Source: a virus. Taken from it: a stretch of DNA of 50,494 nucleotides. The first letter of the stretch is position 1; every line of letters begins with the position of its first letter. The translations under genes and the position numbers were made by a program. Below are positions 34,043 through 41,908 of the stretch, piece by piece. The notes beneath the pieces are model-generated. The model made no database searches, had not been told where the DNA came from, and was given only the letters and a program-made list of their open reading frames with translations. The stretch lies in the IMG/VR virus record IMGVR_UViG_2788500486_000002; one strand, 5' to 3'.

Positions 34043-34827
34043 CCGATGAGACGATTGAAAACTACACTGACAAGGTTTGCCCGGACTTCACCGGCAAGAA
34101 AGCCTTTATCGCCAACGGCGCTATGCGTGGCATGGTTGCTGCTATGTTCGCTGCTTGCGGGTTCACTCGTGCCGACACTGTGGAAGACGCTGATATTATT
34201 GTCTTTACTGGTGGCTCTGACGTGTCTCCTGCGTTGTACGGACAGACAGCTATCTCTGGCACGTATTTTAACCGTGACCGTGACAACCTTGAAGTTGAAA
34301 TCTTTACAAGGGCAAAGGAACTCGGTAAGCCGATGTTCGGTATTTGTCGGGGTATGCAATTCCTTCACGTCATGGCTGGCGGTGCTCTTTGGCAAGACGT
34401 TACCGGACACGCTGGGCCCGATCACTTCATGGTGGACATTGAAGAGGGCGTTCGCCTCAAGGTTACGTCTCTGCATCACCAGATGGTGCAAGTGTCTGAC
34501 AAGATCAACATGCAGCTTATCGGCGTGTGTGAGGATACAATCACCAAGAAGTTTGAGGATGAAAACATTCTCATGCACACTGGTGCTTTGAGCAACAATG
34601 CTCGGGAGTCGACTGCTACTCTTGAAACCGAGGCAGCTTTTTACCCTGACATTAACGCTCTTGCGGTGCAAGGACACCCTGAGTGTGGTTCCGACGAATA
34701 CAAGTCGTGGACTATGAACAAGATTAAGGATCGCTTCTTCGACGAGGCCGACCCTGAAGATTACGAACTTGAATACGAAGTTATTACTGTAAACGCTGAA
34801 GGAGATAGCAAGTGTGCGGAATCGTAG
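34039..34827 (+). CDS. Class I glutamine amidotransferase / peptidase C26 (gamma-glutamyl hydrolase-like)
   Basis: KPMFGICRGMQFLHV (nucleophile-elbow Cys) and AVQGHPE (catalytic His/Glu). Confidence 0.75.
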   Translation: MTDETIENYTDKVCPDFTGKKAFIANGAMRGMVAAMFAACGFTRADTVEDADIIVFTGGSDVSPALYGQTAISGTYFNRDRDNLEVEIFTRAKELGKPMFGICRGMQFLHVMAGGALWQDVTGHAGPDHFMVDIEEGVRLKVTSLHHQMVQVSDKINMQLIGVCEDTITKKFEDENILMHTGALSNNARESTATLETEAAFYPDINALAVQGHPECGSDEYKSWTMNKIKDRFFDEADPEDYELEYEVITVNAEGDSKCAES

Positions 34828-36245
34828 GAATAGCAGGCAAGATCGCCCAAAAAGAACGCAAGATATTCGACAATCTGTTGACTGTCTGCCAGCTACGGGG
34901 CCGCGACTCGACCGGCGTTGTTTCTGTTACGCGTGGCAAAGAGGCCAAGTACATCAAGCAAGTCGGAACGCCTGAGACACTGATCGACCGTAAGCAATAC
35001 GAATCTATCATCGGCTATACTCCGGCTATCCTCATTGGCCATTGCCGCCACACGACTAGCGGTTCAACCAACTACTCTAACGCTCATCCGTTCGACTTCG
35101 ATGAAACTATCGGTGTTCACAACGGTACGTTGGCTCACTCGTGGAACCGTGGCGAGAACGCCAAGGACTACACTGTCGACTCCGAGTGGTTGTACAGTCG
35201 TATTGATGAAGTCGGTATCGAGGATGCTCTCAATGACATTGACAAGACTGGTGCTTGGGCTCTTGCCTTTTACCGCAAGGACACAAACACTCTCAACTTT
35301 ATCCGCAACAGCAAGCGCCCGTTGTATTTCGCTTGGTCAAAGGATAAGGACACGATGTTCTGGGCTTCTGAGCCTTGGATGCTTTGTGTTGTTGATCGTG
35401 ACATTGACATGGCTGTTCTTAATGAAGAGACCGGTGCATGGTACATGCCTCTTCCTGAGAATACTCTCTGGGAAATTGAAGTCGACGCGACCACTAATAA
35501 CAAGTCCAAGATTTTCAACATGAAGCCCCCGAGGGAGATTGAAGGTGGTGCAAATTTTACCTTTCTGGCACCTCCGAAAAAGGTGACACCTCCGACCGGC
35601 CATGGCTCAACTGGTTCTGCTAACAAAGGAGGGAGCGGCGTCATCCACCCTTTTCAAAGAACCGGGGCCGTAGACAGTACGGAGGAAGAACTAGCCACGC
35701 TTCTCGGGTTGCCAGCCCCGACTACCTCAACAAAAGGTTCGGACGCCAAAGCGGACGAGAGTACGAGTTCGACGAAATCCGAAGGGAAATCACAGACGAG
35801 TTCGCAGCGGAGTTCGGGTTCCACGACGGGATCGAAAAGTACAAGCTCTTCTCGGAAAGGTACTCTCTCCCTTCCGGGTCTCAGTTCACCGTCTTCACCT
35901 ACAACCAGCAAAAGAAAGCCCTCAAGCGGCTCAAGCGAGCAAAGCGACTCCTCGACGCGGGAAAGCTCCCCGAATTTAACGCTGGTGCACAGTCAACCCT
36001 CGACATGGAGGGGAGTTAGACGAAGCTCCGACGAAAACGCGAAGAACGTCTCGCTCCGCAATGTTGCTGGGACTTGGTACATCTCTAGCTTGCAAACTTC
36101 TATGGAAATAAGCGAGAAAGTATTCGAAGAAAATACCAATGGCGTGTGTGCGTTTTGTAAGACGCCTATTGGTGGTCTTGAAGAAGTCCACACTCTACTT
36201 AGTCGTAACGCTTTTATTTGTACTGATTGCGGCTCTGGTAGCTAA
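34812..36245 (+). CDS. Class II (Ntn) glutamine amidotransferase fused to a Ser/Thr-rich segment and a C-terminal zinc ribbon
   Basis: GTG start giving MCGIVGIAG (N-terminal nucleophile Cys). The C-terminus CAFCKTPIGGLEEVHTLLSRNAFICTDCG is ClpX-type zinc-ribbon-like. The 35.6-36.0 kb segment is frame-ambiguous (see findings). Confidence 0.7.
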   Translation: MCGIVGIAGKIAQKERKIFDNLLTVCQLRGRDSTGVVSVTRGKEAKYIKQVGTPETLIDRKQYESIIGYTPAILIGHCRHTTSGSTNYSNAHPFDFDETIGVHNGTLAHSWNRGENAKDYTVDSEWLYSRIDEVGIEDALNDIDKTGAWALAFYRKDTNTLNFIRNSKRPLYFAWSKDKDTMFWASEPWMLCVVDRDIDMAVLNEETGAWYMPLPENTLWEIEVDATTNNKSKIFNMKPPREIEGGANFTFLAPPKKVTPPTGHGSTGSANKGGSGVIHPFQRTGAVDSTEEELATLLGLPAPTTSTKGSDAKADESTSSTKSEGKSQTSSQRSSGSTTGSKSTSSSRKGTLSLPGLSSPSSPTTSKRKPSSGSSEQSDSSTRESSPNLTLVHSQPSTWRGVRRSSDENAKNVSLRNVAGTWYISSLQTSMEISEKVFEENTNGVCAFCKTPIGGLEEVHTLLSRNAFICTDCGSGS

Positions 36246-36275
36246 CACTTACTTGAAACGAAAGGATTGAATGTA

Positions 36276-37163
36276 ATGAATACTTCATTTACCCTCGGGT
36301 GCGATCCCGAAATCTTCGTCAAGAACAAGCGTTCCCAGAAGATCGTCTCGGCTCACGGCCTTATCGAAGGCGACAAGAAAGCCCCTCACAAAATTCCTGA
36401 AGGGGCCTATCAAGTTGACGGCATGGCTGTCGAGTTCAACACCGACCCGTATGATCTATCACGTGGTTCGTCTGCTGTGTTCTCTCGTCGTGTCCTCAAC
36501 GTCATGGACCAGATGAAAGCTTCGGTTCAGGCAAAGGACAAGGACCTTACGTTTGCTATCCAAGCAACAGCGGACTTCGATCCTGAGTATCTTGAAGCAC
36601 AGCCTGAGGAAGCCAAGGAACTTGGGTGTGACCCGGACTTCAACGCTTACACTCTTGAGCAGAACCCCCGTCCTAACGGTGAGGTTCCGTTCCGTACTGC
36701 TGCTGGCCACATTCACCTTGGCTGGACTGAAGGCGCTCCTATCGACCACCCCGATCACCTTGCCATTTGCGCGAGTATCGTCAAGTGTCTCGATGCTACG
36801 GTTGGCTTTGCTTCGGTTATCTACGAGCGTGACACCCGTCGCCGTGAAATGTACGGTTGTGCTGGTGCGTTTCGTCCGAAGCCTTACGGAGTTGAATATC
36901 GTACCCCGTCTAACTTCTGGATCGCCAACCACAACCATCGTCAGTCGATGTTCCTTACCGTTAAGCAGACTGTCAGCACTCTTCGTAGTTGCGGCGGCGA
37001 CGAGGTTCGGGCCATTGGGAATTTGAGCGGTTTAACCCCTGAAGAAGTTCGCACAGCTATCGACAACAACAATGTTGAAGCAATTCGTGAGCGATGCTTT
37101 GGTCTTCGTGGCCCTTGGTACGATGACTTCCTTAACGAAAGGTTCGCTAATGTTCTGGACTGA
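36276..37163 (+). CDS. phiEco32-type COOH-NH2 ligase (GCS/glutamine-synthetase-like fold)
   Basis: ATG 36276 with AAAGGA 9 nt upstream. Motifs LGCDPEIF, YQVDGMAVEFNTDP, RTAAGHIHLG and GVEYRTPSNFW fit the family as I recall it. Confidence 0.65.
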   Translation: MNTSFTLGCDPEIFVKNKRSQKIVSAHGLIEGDKKAPHKIPEGAYQVDGMAVEFNTDPYDLSRGSSAVFSRRVLNVMDQMKASVQAKDKDLTFAIQATADFDPEYLEAQPEEAKELGCDPDFNAYTLEQNPRPNGEVPFRTAAGHIHLGWTEGAPIDHPDHLAICASIVKCLDATVGFASVIYERDTRRREMYGCAGAFRPKPYGVEYRTPSNFWIANHNHRQSMFLTVKQTVSTLRSCGGDEVRAIGNLSGLTPEEVRTAIDNNNVEAIRERCFGLRGPWYDDFLNERFANVLD

Positions 37164-37809
37164 TTTCGAACAAGCCCAACAGCGGCTACGTGGTACGATT
37201 GTCATGTACGACGGTTCTCCGTTTTACATCGAGAACGTGCGTGTTTCTGAGGACGATCCTGAGGAGTTCGTAGCTCACGGTGGTATGGTCAATGACCGAG
37301 GTGTTTACGAGCGCCATGACGTTAACCTTGAAGACGAAGGGTGGAACGACTTTCGCAATCTTCCGGCGCTTGGTTACGTCAACACTCCAACGCACCTGTA
37401 CCACATCGCTCGGCTTCCCGCTCGAACGGTCAAGCACGGCCACGGAGGGGAGAACACTCGTCTGTCCTATGTCCAACCCAACGGAGCTCTTGGACGAACG
37501 GATACTTCGGTAACAAACTTTGCCACGTCTGTTAAGAACGGTAAGTGGTACAAGCTGGCTTGCCAGAAGGTTTTCCCTTCGTTCAAGGATGCCCTCGACA
37601 ACCTCGACCTTCACCCGCAAATGACGATTGCGTTTAGTCCTCGTCACTACATTGTCCGTGACAAGTCTTCGGGTGTTACCTCGATGTTCCGTGACCAGCG
37701 TCAGATTGGTATTATCCTCGAAGATGCTGTTCTTTTGACACGAAAGAACGCTTGCTATCGCGAAGAACTCGCTGATAAGTATGAAATCCCCAACATTATG
37801 GAGGCCTGA
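37150..37809 (+). CDS. Hypothetical protein (219 aa), cassette member
   Basis: ATG 37150 overlaps the upstream gene end by 14 nt. In frame with ORF 37072..37809. Confidence 0.55.
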   Translation: MFWTDFEQAQQRLRGTIVMYDGSPFYIENVRVSEDDPEEFVAHGGMVNDRGVYERHDVNLEDEGWNDFRNLPALGYVNTPTHLYHIARLPARTVKHGHGGENTRLSYVQPNGALGRTDTSVTNFATSVKNGKWYKLACQKVFPSFKDALDNLDLHPQMTIAFSPRHYIVRDKSSGVTSMFRDQRQIGIILEDAVLLTRKNACYREELADKYEIPNIMEA

Positions 37810-37817
37810 CTGTTACT

Positions 37818-38993
37818 ATGACTGACAAGAATGATTTCCTCAAGGCTCTTGGCGGCAAGTCCAGCGCAAAGAAAGCCGTCAAGCGCGAGTTCCCTCTTCC
37901 CATGAGTCCTTCCAAGCCGTTGGCTGCTAAGTCGGCTGTCGGTGATGTTGGTATTGAGATTGAGGTCGAGGGCCGTAATCTACCCCGCGGTATGGCTGTA
38001 GTCGACAAGTCTATTTGTCCCACCACTTCCTCTGTGTGGGTTACTCACGACGACGGCTCGCTTCGCGGCGAGAGTGCTGAGTTTGTGCTTGACCCTCCGG
38101 CTGTGATCGACGAGGTTCCCAACGCTCTTGAGTTCCTTTGGGGCAAGTTCAATCGCGACGGTACTCGTATCGACGCATCCAACCGCACGTCTACACACGT
38201 ACACGTCAACGTCCAAGGCATGAAGATCAACGAGTTTTGCTCGTTTATTGTGCTTTGGCTGTGCTTTGAGAGTGCTCTTATCAACGTGTGTGGACCAGCC
38301 CGTAAGAGCAATCACTTCTGTCTCAGCAATCGTGACACTGGCGGCTGGCTTGTCGATCAAGTCGAGAAAGCTCTCGTGACCGGCTCCTTTGCGTGGCAGC
38401 AAGGTATGAAGTATGGGGCTCTTAACCTAGCAGCGTTCACCAAGTTCGGTTCGCTTGAGTTCCGCCCTATGCGTACCATGGAAAGTGTCCAGCAGCTTGT
38501 CGATTGGACTCGTATTCTTGTGGGTCTTCGTGAGGCTGCCAAGGGTCAGATGTTCAAGGACCCGTCGCTTATCCCTGCTCGGTTCTCCGAGAACGGCGCT
38601 GACTATCTGTTCCGTACTATTTGCGACGATGCTGGTGTGTCTCGTGAGTTTGTCGACGAAGTGTTCAGCCATTACGACGACGTGATCTCGTTCAACCAAG
38701 ATGTTATCGACGGTCTTCGCGATGCCCAAGGCATTTGCTACGCTCTCGACTGGACTGACTGGATGGACAAGTTCGAAGAGGTTTACATTGAGAACCCCTT
38801 TGGCTCGACCAAGCCTAAACCTGCTCCTCGGGCTCCTCGCCCACTGTTCTTTAACGAGAACCCTGCCCCCGATAACAACAGGGACCGTGCTGCTGAAAAC
38901 TTTGGGCGTATCGAACGGGAACGTCAACGCCAGCGTGAAGCAGGCCGTCAAGCAGCTCAAATTATTGCCGATGACTTCAACGACGACTTTTAA
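37818..38993 (+). CDS. Amidoligase_2-like putative amidoligase (GCS-type carboxylate-amine ligase)
   Basis: Motifs VGIEIEVEG, HDDGSLRGESAEFVL, TSTHVHVNV and GSLEFRPM, in the order typical of that family. Confidence 0.7.
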   Translation: MTDKNDFLKALGGKSSAKKAVKREFPLPMSPSKPLAAKSAVGDVGIEIEVEGRNLPRGMAVVDKSICPTTSSVWVTHDDGSLRGESAEFVLDPPAVIDEVPNALEFLWGKFNRDGTRIDASNRTSTHVHVNVQGMKINEFCSFIVLWLCFESALINVCGPARKSNHFCLSNRDTGGWLVDQVEKALVTGSFAWQQGMKYGALNLAAFTKFGSLEFRPMRTMESVQQLVDWTRILVGLREAAKGQMFKDPSLIPARFSENGADYLFRTICDDAGVSREFVDEVFSHYDDVISFNQDVIDGLRDAQGICYALDWTDWMDKFEEVYIENPFGSTKPKPAPRAPRPLFFNENPAPDNNRDRAAENFGRIERERQRQREAGRQAAQIIADDFNDDF

Positions 38994-39014
38994 TACAAAG
39001 CAAGGAAAATATTT

Positions 39015-39776
39015 ATGAGATACAGAGTTTTGCCCTATCGAGGTGGCTCAAGAGGGGCCACCGCCCTTGCTCGTAGCCTTAACGGCATGTGCCTTCGTCT
39101 TAACGGCAGTCGGTTCCGCCCTCGCCGTAACGATGTTGTAATCAATTGGGGCAACACCAACAACCCTGATCTGGTACGGCTTTGCACTCACAATGCAATC
39201 GACCTTCGTGACGCAACCAACAAGCTCAACTTCTTTGAGCGTATGAGAGGTTCTGGTCTTGAAAACATCATCCCGCGTTTCTGGACTCGCCCGGAAGATA
39301 TTCCTGACGACGCCTTTCCCATCGTCTGCCGTACCGTCTTGGCGGGACATTCTGGTGAGGGCATTGTTATCGCTGATACTCGTGCTGACCTTGTGCGGGC
39401 TCCTCTTTATGTTGCTTATGTAAAGAAAGAGCAAGAGTGGCGCATCCACGTAGGCCGTCGCGCTGATGATGAAGGAATTATTATCGCCAAGCAGCGTAAG
39501 GCTCGCTCTAGGGACGTTCCTGATGATGAAGTTAACTGGCAGGTACGCAACCACCAGAACGGCTTCATTTACGCACGGAACGACGGCGTAGAGGCTCCTG
39601 AGCGTGTAGTTGACGCTGCTCGTCAGGCTTTGCTTGCAACTGACCTCGACTTTGGCGCAATCGACGTGATCTATCATAGTCGCACCCGCCTTGCCCACGT
39701 CCTTGAAATCAACACCGCACCGGGTCTCGAAGGTGAGACTGTCAACGACTACGTGCGTTTCTTTACGGGAGCCTAA
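39015..39776 (+). CDS. ATP-grasp ligase (RimK / R2K-like)
   Basis: NKLNFF, AGHSGEGIVI, YVKKEQEWRIHV, NHQNGF and AHVLEINTAPGL follow the ATP-grasp motif order. Confidence 0.7.
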   Translation: MRYRVLPYRGGSRGATALARSLNGMCLRLNGSRFRPRRNDVVINWGNTNNPDLVRLCTHNAIDLRDATNKLNFFERMRGSGLENIIPRFWTRPEDIPDDAFPIVCRTVLAGHSGEGIVIADTRADLVRAPLYVAYVKKEQEWRIHVGRRADDEGIIIAKQRKARSRDVPDDEVNWQVRNHQNGFIYARNDGVEAPERVVDAARQALLATDLDFGAIDVIYHSRTRLAHVLEINTAPGLEGETVNDYVRFFTGA

Positions 39777-39837
39777 TTATGACACGTGATGAACAACACC
39801 TAGCCGACCTATACCACGAACACAAGCACGGAGGACG

Positions 39838-40020
39838 TTGACAGTGTACCGATACAAGTTCACCTTTGCAGGCCACGCTTCTGGCTGGTCTCAAGATCAG
39901 TACGCCACTCGTGACGATGCGTTCATAGCGGGCACTGCCAAGGTCTTGGAAGACCCTAACCTTATCCGAAACGTACACTCTATCGTTGTCTCGGTTCCAA
40001 CGGTTGACAACCGAGTCTAA
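39838..40020 (+). CDS. Hypothetical protein (60 aa)
   Basis: TTG start with GGAGGA just upstream (GTG 39844 is an alternative). Confidence 0.4.
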   Translation: MTVYRYKFTFAGHASGWSQDQYATRDDAFIAGTAKVLEDPNLIRNVHSIVVSVPTVDNRV

Positions 40021-40052
40021 GCTTGCTATAATACTATAAAGAGAATATTAAC

Positions 40053-40628
40053 ATGAGTAAGACATGGGTCTACAGTGACCCTCACTTTTACCACCGTAAC
40101 ATTTGCAAGTTCACTAAAGAAGATGGCTCCCCTCTGCGTCCTTGGGATTGTGCCGAAGAGATGACTGAGCAGATGATTGAGTGGTACAACGAGCTAGTAG
40201 ACGACAAAGATAAGGTCTACATCCTTGGTGACGTTGCTTTCAGTAATCGTAACATGCACGAGAGCGTCGGCCGATTGAAAGGCCGTAAGGTTCTGGTCCC
40301 CGGCAACCACGAACCAGTGAAGATGCGCAAGTACTTCGATCTGTTTGATGATGTACGAGGTTACGTTGTTAAAAAAGGTTTTATTATGAGCCACATTCCC
40401 ATTCACGAGGGCTCGTTGTCTCGGTGGGAGCTGAACATTCATGGCCACCTTCACGCTAATGTTGTAACGAAGCCTTATGTCAATGGGTCAGACACCCCTA
40501 AAGACGAGAGCTATGATCCGTTGAATGAGACGATTGCAGACACTCGTTACTACTGTGCTTGTGTTGAGCACACTGATTTCCGTCCGAAGCTTCTGGACGA
40601 TATCCTAAAAGAAAGAGGACTAAGATAA
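40053..40628 (+). CDS. Calcineurin-like metallophosphoesterase (191 aa)
   Basis: Motifs SDPHFYHRN, LGDVAF, PGNHE and IHGHLH, in canonical order. Confidence 0.75.
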   Translation: MSKTWVYSDPHFYHRNICKFTKEDGSPLRPWDCAEEMTEQMIEWYNELVDDKDKVYILGDVAFSNRNMHESVGRLKGRKVLVPGNHEPVKMRKYFDLFDDVRGYVVKKGFIMSHIPIHEGSLSRWELNIHGHLHANVVTKPYVNGSDTPKDESYDPLNETIADTRYYCACVEHTDFRPKLLDDILKERGLR

Positions 40629-40629
40629 C

Positions 40630-40851
40630 ATGCGCTGTGCTATTTGCGACGCGACTCTCAACCCTTCGGAGATCGCTTACAACCACGACCACGACGAGTT
40701 TGAACCTTGCGGCACTTGCCTAGAGGCTATCGCCAACGTGTTCGAGGACCATCTGGACGAGGATGAAGTTCGTGTAATCGTCGAGCGAGACGAGCGGGAA
40801 ATGTTCGGGGACACTGAGGAAGATAATTATGATGAAGAATACGATGAATAA
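40630..40851 (+). CDS. Small acidic zinc-ribbon protein (73 aa)
   Basis: CAICD...CGTC pairs followed by a Glu/Asp-rich tail. Confidence 0.55.
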   Translation: MRCAICDATLNPSEIAYNHDHDEFEPCGTCLEAIANVFEDHLDEDEVRVIVERDEREMFGDTEEDNYDEEYDE

Positions 40852-40986
40852 TTACAGGCCCCGAAGTTCGAATCTTCGCAGAGGTCCTTGTAAAAAATCA
40901 ACCTCGGAAGCCTTTGATAATCTTGTACAAAATCGTCCAGTTAAGAATCCTTGTGGATTTTTCGTGCCAGATGTTAAAAATAGTTC

Positions 40987-41015
40987 TTGACAAAACCCTT
41001 AAATCTTGGTATAAT
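40987..41015 (+). promoter_or_regulatory. Consensus sigma70-type promoter with extended -10 (P2, replication block)
   Basis: TTGACA (40987..40992) - 17 nt - TGGTATAAT (41007..41015). The 36 nt at 41007..41042 are identical to 27022..27057. Confidence 0.8.
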
Positions 41016-41053
41016 TACTTGTAAGGTACGAGGGTAGTAATAGGTAAAGGTAT

Positions 41054-41908
41054 ATGGCTTTAAGTAAACTTACACTAGATGAATTTATTAACACCTATAC
41101 AAGAGAACACAACCTTAGGGAAGTGCCTAAAGATAGAATGTTCAATCTTGTTCGTCAGGCAGGCAATCTTTTGTCTCAGCAACGAGAAAAGAACCCTAGT
41201 CTCCCTCAGGCTTGTGTAGCAGGAGGGTTTCTCAGGGATACAATCCTTGGTACAATTCCAAAGGACTTTGACATCTTTGTCCTTAACTCCGGTGGTGATG
41301 ACTCGGCAGACAATGTACTCCGCTATCTTCCAGACCATTGTGAGTTCTGGGATCGTGGTGACAAACCAGAAGGTGAAGGTTCATCAGCTTTCTCGTCTTG
41401 CCCCGAAACTGGTGAGGCTCGTGAACCGTTTTATGTGGCTAACACCACTAACTTTTACAACTTTGACGACTTTGGTGAGAACGCTTACCACATTGGTACA
41501 CAAGTTATCGGACGCCCTCAAGCCACTATCGAAGACCTTCTGGCTGACTTTGATTATGGGCTTGTCCAGATCGCTTACGATCCAGCAGATGGCTCGATCA
41601 CTATGAACCGTGAAGTGTGGGACGATTTCCTCAAGACGGGCCGGTACGTCTTTCCAACGGAGCAAAGCTACACTAGAGCTTTGAGCTTCCGTCAGTGGGT
41701 GACAACTCCTGCGTATCCTCGTTTCAAAATGGTCCCCTACGGAAAAGTGATTGAAGTAGACCAAAAGCAATCCTTCAAAGGAACCTTTACGTACCTTGGC
41801 AACCCCAACGACGAAAAGAAGCCGAAGGTTAATCATCCTACCTCGTCTACCTCGCCTAGCATTTGGAAAACTGCCTCTTGGATGCCAATTAAGAAGGTTA
41901 ACTATTGA
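41054..41908 (+). CDS. Pol-beta superfamily nucleotidyltransferase (CCA-adding / poly(A) polymerase head-domain-like)
   Basis: VAGGFLRDTILGTIPKDFDIFV matches the GGxxRDxxLGxxxxDxD catalytic motif. A downstream LADFDYGLVQIAY is RDFTIN-like. Confidence 0.6.
   Translation: MALSKLTLDEFINTYTREHNLREVPKDRMFNLVRQAGNLLSQQREKNPSLPQACVAGGFLRDTILGTIPKDFDIFVLNSGGDDSADNVLRYLPDHCEFWDRGDKPEGEGSSAFSSCPETGEAREPFYVANTTNFYNFDDFGENAYHIGTQVIGRPQATIEDLLADFDYGLVQIAYDPADGSITMNREVWDDFLKTGRYVFPTEQSYTRALSFRQWVTTPAYPRFKMVPYGKVIEVDQKQSFKGTFTYLGNPNDEKKPKVNHPTSSTSPSIWKTASWMPIKKVNY

Noticed and set aside
33221-34677. 251-aa and 234-aa minus-strand ORFs opposite the 313-aa gene and the class I amidotransferase
   Set aside because: The plus-strand translations carry clear catalytic motifs (GICRGMQF, QGHPE). 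The antisense ORFs are by-products of GC3-biased codon use.
35654-35911. 85-aa minus-strand ORF within the frame-ambiguous part of the amidotransferase gene
   Set aside because: Three frames are open here because of the compositional bias. The minus-strand ORF has no start context and lies in a plus-only operon.
31815-39776. Interpreting the ligase cassette as a known thymidine-hypermodification pathway (putrescinyl/glutamyl-thymine type)
   Set aside because: The known routes need a dUMP hydroxymethylase, a 5-hmdU DNA kinase and aGPT-pyrophosphorylase-type enzymes. I did not recognise any of these, so the cassette's chemistry remains open.
40861-40885. T-arm-like hairpin CGAAG-TTCGAAT-CTTCG, considered as a possible tRNA gene
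   Set aside because: No matching acceptor, D or anticodon arms can be drawn, and the upstream sequence is the coding end of gene 40630..40851. It is probably just a small hairpin.
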